Shown here one piece after another: positions 39,685-51,077 of a stretch of 64,000 nt of DNA (position 1 is the stretch's first letter; each line of letters begins with the position of its first letter). Location: positions 128,001-192,000 of IMG/VR virus record IMGVR_UViG_3300013947_000021; one strand, 5' to 3'. The notes under the pieces are model-generated. The model was given only the letters and a program-made list of their open reading frames with translations. It searched no databases and was not told the origin of the DNA. This DNA comes from a virus (Duplodnaviria; Caudoviricetes). The position numbers were made by a program, and so were the translations under genes.

Positions 39685-41898
39685 ATGCCTGTAATGTATA
39701 ATAATGTAAATACTGGTGCACCGCAGCAGTTTAATATATATTATCATATGTCTACTAATAATAAGTCTTTTCTAGAAATGCATCAATTTCTAAAAGACCG
39801 TGGAATACAAAATAATAAATTTATGCTTGTTCTTCTAAACCCAGAACTTGCAAGAATAGATCCTAGGGATCCTAATCTTCCAATGCCTTATAGAGCTCTT
39901 GTATTAAGGGAATGCCTATCCAATCCTTGGTATTTCTTTAGAGAAATTATAAGGGTACCTCAGGAAGGTCAAACAGCAGGTGTACCTTTCCAATTAAATA
40001 GAGGAAACTTGGCACTTTTATTCTGTCTTATGCTCAATATGAATATATATCTTGAACTTCCTCGACAGACAGGTAAGACTATTGGAGCAGTTTGTTGGTA
40101 TCTTTATTTGTATAACTTTGGAACTCAGAATTCTCAGATGTCTTTCTTAAATAAGAAGCTTGACGATGCTAAGCTTAACTTACAGCGTCTTAAGAATATA
40201 AGAGATCTTCTTCCTTCTTATTTAAAAATGGATTCTGCTTATAGTGCAGATGGCACTAAGTTAAAGTCTAGAAGTAATGTCGAAAGTATGCAGCATGTCT
40301 TAAATAATAACAATATTAAGACCATGCCGTCTGCTAGATCTGCCAATGCAGCAGCCAGCCTTTTAAGAGGTCAGACTACGCCTATTATATACATGGATGA
40401 GTATGCCTTCATGCCATATAATAATATCGTTTACTCTAACATGATTCCTGCATTTAATACTGCAGCGCAGAATGCTAAGCAAAATGGATCTCCTTATGGA
40501 CTTCTTTTAACTTCTACCCCCGGATTCTTAACTACAGATGAAGGTAAAGCCGCATTTGATCTTAAGAATAGAGCTACTGTATTTAGTGAAAACTGGTATG
40601 ATCTTCCTGTAAATGCAATTATGGATATTATTCATACTAATACAAATTCTAATTTTGTATATATTAAATATACTTATCAGCAGCTTGGTAAATCTGAAGA
40701 ATGGTTTAGAGATCTTTGTATTACTCTTAATAAGGATTGGGAAGCAATACGTCGAGAGATTCTTCTTGAATGGGCTCTTGCTAATACCAATTCTCCATTT
40801 AGTCCTGAAGATCTTGATACTATAAAGAGTTTATTAAGACAGCCTATAAATACAGTTCTTATAAATAATAAGTATGAATTAAGAATATATGAAAAAATAG
40901 ATCTTAGATATCCGCCTATAATGGGAGTCGACGTCTCTGGTGGATATAGAAGAGACTCTTCTGCAATAACTATTATAGATTCTTATAGTACAAGGGTTAC
41001 CGCAGAAATGAATAATAACTTTATATCTACCCCTGAATTAGCAATGGTTATATATAAAATAGTAACCGAATGGATTCCTAATGCAGTAGTAAATATAGAG
41101 CGAAATGGCGGATTCGGTGCATCTGTTATTGCAAGATTACTTCAGACTTCTATAAGAAAGAATCTTTTCTATACAATAAAAGATAAAGTTGTAGAAGAAA
41201 GAGTTCTCGGATCTGCTATTCATAAAACAACACAAAAAACAAAAGTTTATGGTTCAGATTCTACTAAAACTGAAAGAGAAACTCTTATGGAGATTCTCCG
41301 AGATAGAGTAGAATATCATAAAGACAAGATAGTATCTCCTATAATATATGAAGAACTTTCTGGTCTTGAAGTTAAAAAGGACGGTAGAATTGAGCATTCT
41401 AGTAATACTCATGACGACCAGGTATTCTCATGGCTCTGGGCTCTTTATGTATATTACTATGGTGGAGATTTAATGCGGAACTGGGGTATAACAAAACATG
41501 TTCTGCGTACTGATGCCGATCTTGAAGAAGCTGTTGTAGATATTGGAGAAGAACAGGAAGATGTTGTAGGAAGTATCGATACTGCAGATAATCCTGATAT
41601 TCAATCACAGCTTGATGCTATGGATAGATCTCCTGGTAAGAAATCTTATCAAGAATTTTCTAAAGAAGAAGAAGCTAAAGATAATGCATATTTAGCAAAA
41701 ATTTTAGCAGATAAAAATATAAGAAATACATTAAATAGTAAATTTAAAGTTATGGCTTCTGAATATTCTAATAACGATGGAAGCTCTGTAACTAATATTC
41801 CTACAGATGTATTTATGAACTTTAATAAAGATGATAATGAAATAAATCAGTATTCAGTTTTACAAGGAAACTTGTCTAATTTATTTGGAGGTAAGTAA
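39685..41898 (+). CDS. terL: Terminase large subunit
   Basis: PRQTGKT Walker A, IYMDEYAF Walker B, MGVDVSGG...DSSAI nuclease, HDDQVFS. Confidence 0.92.
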   Translation: MPVMYNNVNTGAPQQFNIYYHMSTNNKSFLEMHQFLKDRGIQNNKFMLVLLNPELARIDPRDPNLPMPYRALVLRECLSNPWYFFREIIRVPQEGQTAGVPFQLNRGNLALLFCLMLNMNIYLELPRQTGKTIGAVCWYLYLYNFGTQNSQMSFLNKKLDDAKLNLQRLKNIRDLLPSYLKMDSAYSADGTKLKSRSNVESMQHVLNNNNIKTMPSARSANAAASLLRGQTTPIIYMDEYAFMPYNNIVYSNMIPAFNTAAQNAKQNGSPYGLLLTSTPGFLTTDEGKAAFDLKNRATVFSENWYDLPVNAIMDIIHTNTNSNFVYIKYTYQQLGKSEEWFRDLCITLNKDWEAIRREILLEWALANTNSPFSPEDLDTIKSLLRQPINTVLINNKYELRIYEKIDLRYPPIMGVDVSGGYRRDSSAITIIDSYSTRVTAEMNNNFISTPELAMVIYKIVTEWIPNAVVNIERNGGFGASVIARLLQTSIRKNLFYTIKDKVVEERVLGSAIHKTTQKTKVYGSDSTKTERETLMEILRDRVEYHKDKIVSPIIYEELSGLEVKKDGRIEHSSNTHDDQVFSWLWALYVYYYGGDLMRNWGITKHVLRTDADLEEAVVDIGEEQEDVVGSIDTADNPDIQSQLDAMDRSPGKKSYQEFSKEEEAKDNAYLAKILADKNIRNTLNSKFKVMASEYSNNDGSSVTNIPTDVFMNFNKDDNEINQYSVLQGNLSNLFGGK

Positions 41899-41899
41899 T

Positions 41900-42670
41900 A
41901 TGCCTATAGCAAATAAAATGAATAAATTACTTGATAAAATAGAAAGACGTCTTGGAACTAGTCAGCTTAAACTCCCAGATTATCTTTCTAAAGATAAATG
42001 GGCTAGTGTAGTTATTTCTAATGAAACTCTTGATACATTTAGCAGATATTTTCCTAATACATTAAAAATTAATCTCGATCTTTCTACTAGGCGAGTAGAT
42101 GGATGGTATGTAATAGATGAATATGTACCAGATGGAGTAGAAATACTTGGAGTTAGAGATATAGACTGGACTACATATAATGCAGATGCTTTTGCTTCTC
42201 AGCAAGCTGAAGGATATGGAGTTTATGGAATGCTTGTTAATAACTATGGATTAGATGATATTGCTCTTGCACAAATGAGAGCAGATATGCTTTCTCTTTA
42301 CAATAATAATATCTTTGTAGATTTTAAAGCTCCTAATCTTGTAAAAGTAAACTCTGTATCTAGAAATGATATGGTTAAGTTTTCTGGTTCTATACCGATT
42401 GAATTACTTATTAAGCATGCTGATAATCTTATGACAATTCCTGCAACTATGATGGAGATATTTGAAGATCTTGCTCAAGCAGATGTAGCTACATTCTTAT
42501 ATCAGGAACTTAAATATTATGATGGTCTTGAAACAGTATATGCAAATATTGATCTTAGACTCAATGATCTTGCAGATGCTGCAAGTAAGAGATCTGATAT
42601 TGTAAGTCAGCTTGAAGATTCTTATGTTTCTGCTGCTAATAAAAATCAGCCAATTATGTTTACAGTATAA
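41900..42670 (+). CDS. Probable head completion/neck protein
   Basis: Start 41900 after GGAGGT; directly follows terL. Confidence 0.5.
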   Translation: MPIANKMNKLLDKIERRLGTSQLKLPDYLSKDKWASVVISNETLDTFSRYFPNTLKINLDLSTRRVDGWYVIDEYVPDGVEILGVRDIDWTTYNADAFASQQAEGYGVYGMLVNNYGLDDIALAQMRADMLSLYNNNIFVDFKAPNLVKVNSVSRNDMVKFSGSIPIELLIKHADNLMTIPATMMEIFEDLAQADVATFLYQELKYYDGLETVYANIDLRLNDLADAASKRSDIVSQLEDSYVSAANKNQPIMFTV

Positions 42671-42678
42671 AAAATAAA

Positions 42679-42701
42679 GAGAAGAGCAAAATGCTCTTCT
42701 C
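42679..42701. terminator. Bidirectional terminator
   Basis: GAGAAGAGCA/TGCTCTTCTC flanked by A and T tracts. Confidence 0.75.
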
Positions 42702-42715
42702 CTTTTTCTTTCCTA

Positions 42716-43141
42716 TTAAAACCCCATATAATCTATATTTTTATTAAAGAAATGCTCTCTAATAATATGAGAAACAGCACATAATTTCTTTAAATAATAT
42801 TTCTGATCAAGATGAATAGCTAAATGATTTTTACCATCTTTAGATATGTCTCTAGCTACATCTATATATTTAAATATGTATTTAATGAAATATTTAAATT
42901 CTTTTTCTGTAAAACTATCATATTTATCACTAGTTTCAAATAAAGATGAAGTTTCATATCTTTGATTTATTTTTTCAACCTTTAATGAATCAAATTCAGT
43001 ATATCTTTTAAAAAGAAGTTTATTATAAACATCTTGTGGAAGATCAGTAAGGAATAAATATAATTCATTATTTTTATCTATATAAAAATAATAATTTATA
43101 TCAAAACTGTCCATTTCTTTAACAAACTGCTGAATTATCAT
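42716..43141 (-). CDS. Hypothetical protein
   Basis: 141 aa, GGGAG SD. Confidence 0.65.
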   Translation of the reverse strand: MIIQQFVKEMDSFDINYYFYIDKNNELYLFLTDLPQDVYNKLLFKRYTEFDSLKVEKINQRYETSSLFETSDKYDSFTEKEFKYFIKYIFKYIDVARDISKDGKNHLAIHLDQKYYLKKLCAVSHIIREHFFNKNIDYMGF

Positions 43142-43161
43142 AATTGATTTCTCCCTTTAAT

Positions 43162-43950
43162 TTATAAATATAATTGTAGATTATGTATAAGGTTAAATAA
43201 GTTCTCAGGGTTAGGTGATGGAAGCAATCTATAACAAATAACAATTTTCTCTTTATTTTTTATTACATCAGAAAATTCTTCTTTGCTCATTTTAAGTATA
43301 TCGCTCTTTACCATCTTTTTAATAAATTTAAGATGTTTCTTTACATCAATATTCATATATAGCCATTCGCATTTACAATTTATTATTGGATTCATTATAT
43401 TTTCTGCATTAACTTTATTATCGTGCAAAAGCATAGTTAAAAATTGATATTCACTATACCAAGCATTAGAAAATATATTTTCTACAGGTTTTCTTTTTCC
43501 AGATGCTATATCTTTTATGATCATATTCTTTATAATCTTCATATCTATAGAAATTAATTGATATGTGATATCTGGATATGGAGCGAGGGTTAAATCTAAT
43601 AGATAACTAAAAAGTTCATTACAAAAATTCTCAGTTCTTATATAATTTGCATATATAGGAATAGCAAACTGATATAGAGCATGATTCTTTTCACATTCAT
43701 CTTTTAATTCATCTTTAAAATCTCTCGTTTCAGTTTCAAGAGGTATATCTGATATATTAATATTTTGAAATTGCTCTTCAATATTATCAAATGATATTCC
43801 ATCAGGATCAAATGGTTCTGATGGTTTATTCATGCTAAAGATTTGTTTCATTATAGCATTCTTTGATATATAAAGTAATGCATCATTATACTCTTCTTTA
43901 TTCATGACAATATCTTTATCAAATAAAGGAATAAAATAATTATCATTCAT
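43162..43950 (-). CDS. Hypothetical protein
   Basis: 262 aa in operon. Confidence 0.65.
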   Translation of the reverse strand: MNDNYFIPLFDKDIVMNKEEYNDALLYISKNAIMKQIFSMNKPSEPFDPDGISFDNIEEQFQNINISDIPLETETRDFKDELKDECEKNHALYQFAIPIYANYIRTENFCNELFSYLLDLTLAPYPDITYQLISIDMKIIKNMIIKDIASGKRKPVENIFSNAWYSEYQFLTMLLHDNKVNAENIMNPIINCKCEWLYMNIDVKKHLKFIKKMVKSDILKMSKEEFSDVIKNKEKIVICYRLLPSPNPENLFNLIHNLQLYL

Positions 43951-43952
43951 TT

Positions 43953-44708
43953 TTATTTTTCAAGGTCTTCTATATTATTAGAATTACTACCTTTAATAAA
44001 CCGTCCTTCTATTGAATTTGATTTCTCTTCAGGTACTTCTTTAAATGTCCTTCCAGTTGCTAATACAACTTTATTTGTTCCAGGTTCTGGTCTCCCAACA
44101 TAATTTAGCATATTACTTGCGGATAAATACATATTAAAAGACATTATTGAATAATAGAGTCCCATAATTCTATCAAGATTCATATCACAATAATTATCAG
44201 GACTTGATAAATACATTCTTACTCCAGGTTCTTTGTCTGCATTAGCAATTCCTCTGTCTATTATATATGGAACAAACTCTATATATTTTCCCATAGGTAA
44301 TCGCTTTATTTTACATTCTGGAGTAGGAGTAGTTATTATTAATTTTCCATTATAAGTTGCAAAAAGATTGCTATACTTTGGGCTATTAAACCACTCTATT
44401 ATTTTTTCTAAATTATTCTTTATAAGAAAATATTCACTTGGACCTATTCTAATAAATGCTTTTTCTGATCCATTAGTAGGTTTAACTATATTTTCTATAG
44501 ATAAATAATAATCAAAATTTCTTCTTATTGTTGTTAATGATTTTATATTCTCTAATCCTTCTACAGGATATTCGAATTCATTATAATAAAGATTTCGTTT
44601 ACCTCCAACTACTTTGGCAAATCCTGTGTTAAATTTTAATACAGCATTATTACCAATGATATATACGATATCAGACATCTTATCTATATTATCAATTGGA
44701 TTACTCAT
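43953..44708 (-). CDS. Hypothetical protein
   Basis: 251 aa; AACT-TAAAAG-TA upstream. Confidence 0.7.
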   Translation of the reverse strand: MSNPIDNIDKMSDIVYIIGNNAVLKFNTGFAKVVGGKRNLYYNEFEYPVEGLENIKSLTTIRRNFDYYLSIENIVKPTNGSEKAFIRIGPSEYFLIKNNLEKIIEWFNSPKYSNLFATYNGKLIITTPTPECKIKRLPMGKYIEFVPYIIDRGIANADKEPGVRMYLSSPDNYCDMNLDRIMGLYYSIMSFNMYLSASNMLNYVGRPEPGTNKVVLATGRTFKEVPEEKSNSIEGRFIKGSNSNNIEDLEK

Positions 44709-44822
44709 TATTTTTTGCTATAGCCTTTCTCGATTTTTGTTACTTTTAAGTTTTCAAATTTATAAAAAATAATAAAGTAACCCAGATACCTGTAAATAGG
44801 TATCTGGGAAACTATTATCTTT

Positions 44823-46202
44823 TTACAAAGCTGTTACTTCACAAGTTCCATCAGACTTGAATTTGATGGAATATCTCTTTATAATTCCCTGATTAGGAAT
44901 TCCAAAGAAACATGTTCCATTATCCATAGTCAGATCAAATTCACGAGTTGCTGCATTAACAGAAGTTATTCTGAATCTAAATGCAGCTCCTCTATTATTG
45001 TTTAATACATCTGCAAATGTAGGTGTATTAAAATAAGCATTCTCAAGACGAGATGTTATCTCATGCTTGAGATCACTTGGGCAATTACCAATTGTAGAAA
45101 GATCTACAATTGTATTTAATTCCTTCAAACGAGAATCATACATTTCTCGTTTACGAATTGAATTTAATCCTCCTGTAAAGATAGATTCAATTAACTGTCG
45201 ATCAAGAACCTTTTTCTTACTATTAGGATCCTTGGTCTTGATCTCATATATGGGCATCATTTCATAACAAGTATTACCCATATTAATACCTGCTATAAGC
45301 TTGCGACGTCGATCAATAATGCAACCCGTATCAATCGTAAAGGATTTATCCGGAACCATTACATTGTTATTATTCAGTGTTATAATCTCTATCATACCTG
45401 TTGGTATATTAGAGTTAGGCCAGCACTGAGTTCTAACTTCTATTCTATAGCCACGAGAATTTGCTATCTTCTCAATTTCTGCTATAAAATCTAGATCGGA
45501 GTTATTTTCTGCAACCTTTGTTGCAGACTGCGTGGTTGTATTTGTACTAAAAGTAATATCACCACCCTTAGGTCCAAATGCATTCTTTACCATATTAAAA
45601 ATATCCTTTTGAGTATAATTCTTCTTTCTACCCTCAGGATTCTTTTCTATGATGCTACTGATGTTTTCCTTAATAAGATCTGTATCAGTATCACTTGTAG
45701 CCTTATCGGCTTTTGCTTTAGGATCAGGCTTCTTCTTTACAGGAGAAGTTGCTGCTGGGTCATTCTTCAGCCATCCATCACCAGCAGGATTTTCTGTAGC
45801 AGCAGTCTGAGTCTGGGCTTGCTGTTGAGTGGTTTTCGGTTCCTCTTTAACTATAGGAGCCTGGTCAGATGTAACATCATTTTCATGATGTACAGTAGTT
45901 TCATTGCTATAAATAGCAATGGTTTCAGCACTTGATTCTGTACCTTTGAAAGTAGAATCTGTATTCTCTGTCTTTACAGGTTCTACCTTAGAATCAGAAG
46001 CAACTTTAACCTCTTCATATATAGGGGTTGCTTCTTCTTTGACTTCCTCAGATGTAACATTTTCATCAGTCCGATTAGTATCATCGATGATTTTTGTATT
46101 TTCATCAGCAGATACCACCTTATCATACTCCTTCTTAATCTTACGACCATAATATGCAATCTGCATATCAAGTATCGCATCCCGAATAAGTTCTCCAATC
46201 AT
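44823..46202 (-). CDS. Hypothetical early protein with disordered N-terminal half
   Basis: 459 aa, AAAAGGAG SD, early motif 46256-46272. Confidence 0.75.
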   Translation of the reverse strand: MIGELIRDAILDMQIAYYGRKIKKEYDKVVSADENTKIIDDTNRTDENVTSEEVKEEATPIYEEVKVASDSKVEPVKTENTDSTFKGTESSAETIAIYSNETTVHHENDVTSDQAPIVKEEPKTTQQQAQTQTAATENPAGDGWLKNDPAATSPVKKKPDPKAKADKATSDTDTDLIKENISSIIEKNPEGRKKNYTQKDIFNMVKNAFGPKGGDITFSTNTTTQSATKVAENNSDLDFIAEIEKIANSRGYRIEVRTQCWPNSNIPTGMIEIITLNNNNVMVPDKSFTIDTGCIIDRRRKLIAGINMGNTCYEMMPIYEIKTKDPNSKKKVLDRQLIESIFTGGLNSIRKREMYDSRLKELNTIVDLSTIGNCPSDLKHEITSRLENAYFNTPTFADVLNNNRGAAFRFRITSVNAATREFDLTMDNGTCFFGIPNQGIIKRYSIKFKSDGTCEVTAL

Positions 46203-46275
46203 TTTTTTATTTCTCCTTTTAAATTAAATATATTTTATGAATCAAATATGTTTGATTCATAATAATAATATATAT

Positions 46276-47805
46276 TTATGAATTTATTTCATATTGATTC
46301 ATAAATATCATAGGCTGAATTAATTTAGCCCTTGCATTCTCAACTTCAGATAATTTACTATCCAATGTATTAGCATTCATATTAACCTCAACACATTTGG
46401 TTGCATATTTACTAAAGACTGGCTTTTTATATTCATAAAATTTTCTAGTATAATAGAATCCATCATCTACTATATCTTTATAAATAGTATTAACGTCTCT
46501 GGTACGGCCAAATGTTTGTTGAGCTAATACTCTACTCTTGAAGGGTTCAGCTAAATTAACTGTTTCAGTTAATCCTTTAATATCCATTGCTGCTCCAGCA
46601 GATTTAGTTGTAGTAAGAATTATCTTCTTGCTTAATTGCTCTGCTTTAAGCTCTGATGGAATTATACTTGTATAAATACCAACTTGATTTATTAACTCTG
46701 GGAAGTTTTCATAAATCCATTTCTGTACTTCAAGTATAGCTTCATTGGTTCCTATATAAAATAGACTCTTACCAGGTTTACGAATTGCTGCATCTACCAA
46801 GATATATAGAAGTTTTAAGAAATTTTCATTATGAATTAAATAATCAGTATATTTAATTCTATTCAATCCATAATTATTCTTACATTCTGTAGCTTCTACA
46901 GGACTTGGCATACTGTTAAATCTAATAGCAGCATACTTTGTATGAGGATCTTCATTTCGATTAAATAAATCTATAGATGGTACATTCTTAAAGTACAATC
47001 TATAAATATTATTTTCAGCCATATCAGATCTTCCAGGTGTTGCTGTAAGATAATAAGTCAAATAAGTATTACTATAGCAATCTATTTGAAACATATTATC
47101 AAAATTTAAATGAGCTTCATCATAGAATTTGATTCCTATATTACAATATTTAAAGAAATCAGATACTGTTTCCCAACCTTTGCTATCTCCAATACTTCTT
47201 AATGTAGAATGTGTAGAAAGAATAACTTTATATTTTGATACATCTCGATTCATTAATTTCATAAATGATGGAGCACCACTTATCAAATATATTTCATCCG
47301 CAGATATATCAGTATATTCTATAAAGAACTTCTTCCACTGTTCTAGCCATCCCACACTATCAGTAATTACAATAGGTCTTAATTGTAAAAATGCTGTTGT
47401 AGCTATAGCGCAATATGTCTTACCTTTACCAGTATTTAAATTCACACATAGCATTGGATAATGCTTATTATATGAATACTTACCAGAAGATATCATAAAC
47501 CGTATAGCTTCAGATTGTGTTTCATCTCTAGGTTTATACTTAAGATTAATTTGTCCTATAGATTTATATGGGTCTACATCATAATCGATTACCGGATCAG
47601 AGGAAAATACTCGTGAAAGAAAATCAAGATCTATACCTCTAGGAAGGTATAGAATTTTCTTTTCTTTATCATATATCATCCCTTTTGGAAATCTTTTATG
47701 ATAAGTCATATCATAAATAGAAAATGTCTTCTCAATTGTAGGTGCATCTCCTAGATTATAATCATATATTTCTATATGAGTTCGGTATGCAACTATTTTA
47801 TTCAT
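46276..47805 (-). CDS. Superfamily 2 DNA helicase (UvsW-like)
   Basis: LNTGKGKT, YDEAH, TATP, QTFGRTR. Confidence 0.85.
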   Translation of the reverse strand: MNKIVAYRTHIEIYDYNLGDAPTIEKTFSIYDMTYHKRFPKGMIYDKEKKILYLPRGIDLDFLSRVFSSDPVIDYDVDPYKSIGQINLKYKPRDETQSEAIRFMISSGKYSYNKHYPMLCVNLNTGKGKTYCAIATTAFLQLRPIVITDSVGWLEQWKKFFIEYTDISADEIYLISGAPSFMKLMNRDVSKYKVILSTHSTLRSIGDSKGWETVSDFFKYCNIGIKFYDEAHLNFDNMFQIDCYSNTYLTYYLTATPGRSDMAENNIYRLYFKNVPSIDLFNRNEDPHTKYAAIRFNSMPSPVEATECKNNYGLNRIKYTDYLIHNENFLKLLYILVDAAIRKPGKSLFYIGTNEAILEVQKWIYENFPELINQVGIYTSIIPSELKAEQLSKKIILTTTKSAGAAMDIKGLTETVNLAEPFKSRVLAQQTFGRTRDVNTIYKDIVDDGFYYTRKFYEYKKPVFSKYATKCVEVNMNANTLDSKLSEVENARAKLIQPMIFMNQYEINS

Positions 47806-47831
47806 ATTTTTATACTCCTTATATTAATTCG

Positions 47832-47992
47832 AAAAAATAAAAGCCTATATATACTCTCTATATAAGTTGACTAAGCTTATATAGAAAGGTATATATAGGG
47901 TTGGAAGAAAATCAGACCGGAGAAATATTTTAAGAAGGTCTGATTTTGTCGAAAATAAATTTGAGCAAATAATCTAATCTTTTTATTTACTC
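47832..47992 (-). ncRNA. Three-hairpin structured RNA or leader with anti-SD loop
   Basis: Early motif 47990-48006; hairpins 47963-47992, 47908-47947 (loop UUCUUAAAAUAUUUCUCC) and 47844-47899 followed by U tract. Confidence 0.55.
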
Positions 47993-48033
47993 ATACTAAT
48001 ATTATATAATCAAAATATCAATTATTTCGATTA

Positions 48034-49694
48034 TTAGAAATGAATAATATTAGTTGTATTATTTGTATCAGAACCTCGTTTAACACCAATAGATTCAATA
48101 GGAAATCCTTTTACACTATCATTAACAATTTCTGCTACTGAAACAAATGGTATTACCCATTTCGGAACAGGTTCTGCTATTGGAATTGCAATGGCATCTA
48201 TTCCATCTGAATATTGTTTAGTTTTTAATAATGCTATTGCTTTATTATATACTTCTGGAAATGTATCTCTGATCTTATCTATATTCTTAGAATTTATATC
48301 AACTTTTACAATGTCTATAGGATTTCTAGTTGTAAGATCAAGAGCTTCAGTTCCTTCTTCATGAAGCGCATTATATGCATATGATGCTACTATACCTTGA
48401 ATACGCATAGGATTCTCATATGTGGATACTGCTTTCACTTGTGCAGGTTTATAATATTTCTTTTCTCCAGCATTTATAGAATCAAATATTTCTTGTTCTA
48501 CTTTATTAATATCCTTTAATACTCTTACTATATCAATAGATTCAGAATCAAGAATATCATCATAAAGTATTTTCTTTAAATGCTCTTGTGTTGTAGGATT
48601 ACTTGTAGACTTAACAAATGCATCCATTCCTTTTATATCAAGAGACTTCTCTTCAGGAACTATATGTCCTTCCTGAAGCTCTATCTTAGATGCATAATGT
48701 TTCTTTGCATCCGTTATAAGCAATCTCTTAAATAGAAATTCTGTTTTTAAACTCATCAAACATGGATTGGTATTATTTTTATTTGTATTAGAATTAGCAC
48801 AATATACTTGCATATATGAGTTTACCAATGAACTCATACAATACGTAAATACATTGATAATAGAATATCTTAATCCATCCTGAGGAGTTATAATCATAGG
48901 ATTAATTTCTCTATCAGCTTCCATCTCTTCATCATAAGCTTCAGGATTATTAGGATCAAGTTCATTTACTTTAAGATCAGATACTTTAGATTTCATTGTG
49001 TCTACATCAGTTACCATTTTCTTTATCTTCATTGGTATACCTGCGCACATATTTCTTACGTATCTATACAATCCATCATAACAAACTATAGCACTATCAG
49101 TATCCTGAATAATACTTACTTTTCTTATAAGAGATTTCATCTTTGCTACTCTATTTACAATTTGTTTATCATAATAAACAAATTCTTTTAATAAATCCCT
49201 AAGTTCATTAATCTCCTTCTTTATCTTTTCCGGAGGTTCATTAGGATCCATAAAAGGTTCATCTAATAATTGAAGAATGTAAATAGTAATATCTTGAACA
49301 GGCTTATTATCTATAAAATTATAAAGATTATTTTTATAGAATAATCTATCAAGATCATCTTGAGGAAGTTTCTCAAGTATTTCCCAAATAATATTCATTT
49401 CCTGTTCGGATGGTACCCATCCAAATCCGGTAGAATGAAGTATCTGGAAAAATGTTTCTTCTATAGATGCATGATTTGTAATTACTTCATAATTTCTATA
49501 ATATCTCTTTTCGTTAATTACATTATAAATGAATTCTATAACTTCTTCCATAGATGACATAGGTACATTATTTGCAAGGAAATTCTCAAAGAATAATGCT
49601 GCAGATGAAATTGCAGACTGTCCTTGAGTAGTTATTGCGCTTGCAACATGTACATTATAAAACATGGAAGAATACTGACCGCAAACGCCATAAA
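48034..49694 (-). CDS. Family-B DNA polymerase subunit, exon 2
   Basis: Resumes (F)YGVCGQYSSMFYN; ITTQGQ, IQDTDS (motif C), KKHY, IKG. Confidence 0.85.
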
Positions 49695-50046
49695 CAAATA
49701 TGCGATCTGATTTTGTTCACATAGTTCGCTACTCTATGCAGTTCTTTTATGAACTTCTCTAGTATTTCTCTAGACGATCAGACTATATCTTTACCATTTT
49801 ACAGGAATGAGTACAGGACTTAGCATTTTAAGCCTCTTAGTCGTTGAACCTTCTTAGAACTTTTTCTAAGATCGGCTGCTGATTATACATTCTTATCTAC
49901 TTAGGGTTGCCCCATATAGAATCTCTTTTGTTGTTTCTGACTTTCGTCCCCATATATAATTTATGGTAAAAGAGCTTTAGCACTTCCCAGCAATTCTCAC
50001 ATTTTAATCGACATTCTTTCGAATGAAGTGGGCTCTATGGCATTTA
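49695..50046 (-). ncRNA. Group I self-splicing intron, 352 nt, no homing endonuclease ORF
   Basis: P1 UGGGU/GCCCA with U-G at the 5' splice site; P10 GCCAUAGA/UUUAUGGC; core AAUUGCUGGGAA, AAUCAGCAG, GUUCAACGACUA, AAGAUAUAGUCU; terminal G; removal restores KIDANGFYG. Confidence 0.9.
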
Positions 50047-50497
50047 ACCCATTCGCGTCAATCTTATAAAGGAGCTGCATTAGATTATACTTCTCAAAGT
50101 TTTCCGATCCTTTTGGATACTTAAACATTTCTTTTTTAGTTGCTTTTCGAGCATCTATAAAACCTTGTATAAGTTCATATATAGGATTAGGTTTATTAGT
50201 ATGGCGATTAAACATAACACCAGCAGATGTAAATATCGGTTCCCTATCTGCAAGATAATCTGTTAATCTAGTTAATGTAGTTTCTATTTTTGTTTTCTTA
50301 TAATTATTCTCTATTGTAACTGCTTGATCTTTAAAATGTTTTGTAATAGAATTATCTATTACTGCAGCTAATTCTACTTCGGTTAATAATGGAAAATTAA
50401 GATGAAGCATATTCATCATAATATTTTTATATTGCGTAATCATATCATTTTCTGGATATCTAGCTTCTCCAGTTCTAAGTTGATCTCTTAGTTTCAT
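50047..50497 (-). CDS. Family-B DNA polymerase subunit, exon 1
   Basis: RKATKKEM...QLLYKIDANG (first half of motif B); 451+1661 nt gives a 703-aa spliced product. Confidence 0.85.
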
Positions 50498-50627
50498 GAA
50501 GATCTCTCCTTAATTTATTTCATTATTCATAAGTTTTTTAGACATTGATTTTCTATATCACTTACAAAGTAATAGTATCTAATCGATCAACATTTATATA
50601 ATTTATGGCCTATTAAGGAGGATAATT

Positions 50628-51077
50628 ATGTTTTTAAACACAAGTAAAATGGAATATAAAGAAAGTGCAGTATTTGGTAAAGGCCATGCTGTACTTGAAG
50701 GTGCTCTTAAGAATCCTAATCAGTTTAGAGAAGCTGTTTTATATGAAGCTATTGCTAATCTGCCTGATGATAAGGTAGATGAATTTGTTAAGTCTGATGA
50801 AGCTAAGTATATGGTTGATAAGGGCTATATAACTGATGAGACTATCGAAAGGCTTAAGACTAATACTGACGATAAGTGTATGAATATTACTGTTTGTCAT
50901 ATGGCAAAAGAAGCTGGAGATCCACTTTGGGATGAACTTGTTGAATGTCGTCTCCAGGAACGTAGGATAATGGATGCTCTTATTGAAAAATATAAGGTTA
51001 AGGCTGCTCCTATTGCAGATAATGTAGAAACTGATTTTATTGAAAATTGTATTCCTAAGTACTTCAGAAAGAAGTAA
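50628..51077 (+). CDS. Probable internal head protein
   Basis: Promoter AACA-TTTATA-TA 50589-50600; AAGGAGG SD; VLE-G and LYE-A possible cleavage sites. Confidence 0.5.
   Translation: MFLNTSKMEYKESAVFGKGHAVLEGALKNPNQFREAVLYEAIANLPDDKVDEFVKSDEAKYMVDKGYITDETIERLKTNTDDKCMNITVCHMAKEAGDPLWDELVECRLQERRIMDALIEKYKVKAAPIADNVETDFIENCIPKYFRKK

Noticed and set aside
39685-41898. Intein or intron in terminase (also considered for RNAP and helicase)
   Set aside because: Motif spacing is normal, with no intein termini or frame breaks seen
49997-50046. C-terminal tail LNAIEPTSFERMSIKM of the 166-aa ORF, and the ATG start at 49665
   Set aside because: The tail is intron sequence; both ORFs are exons of one spliced polymerase gene
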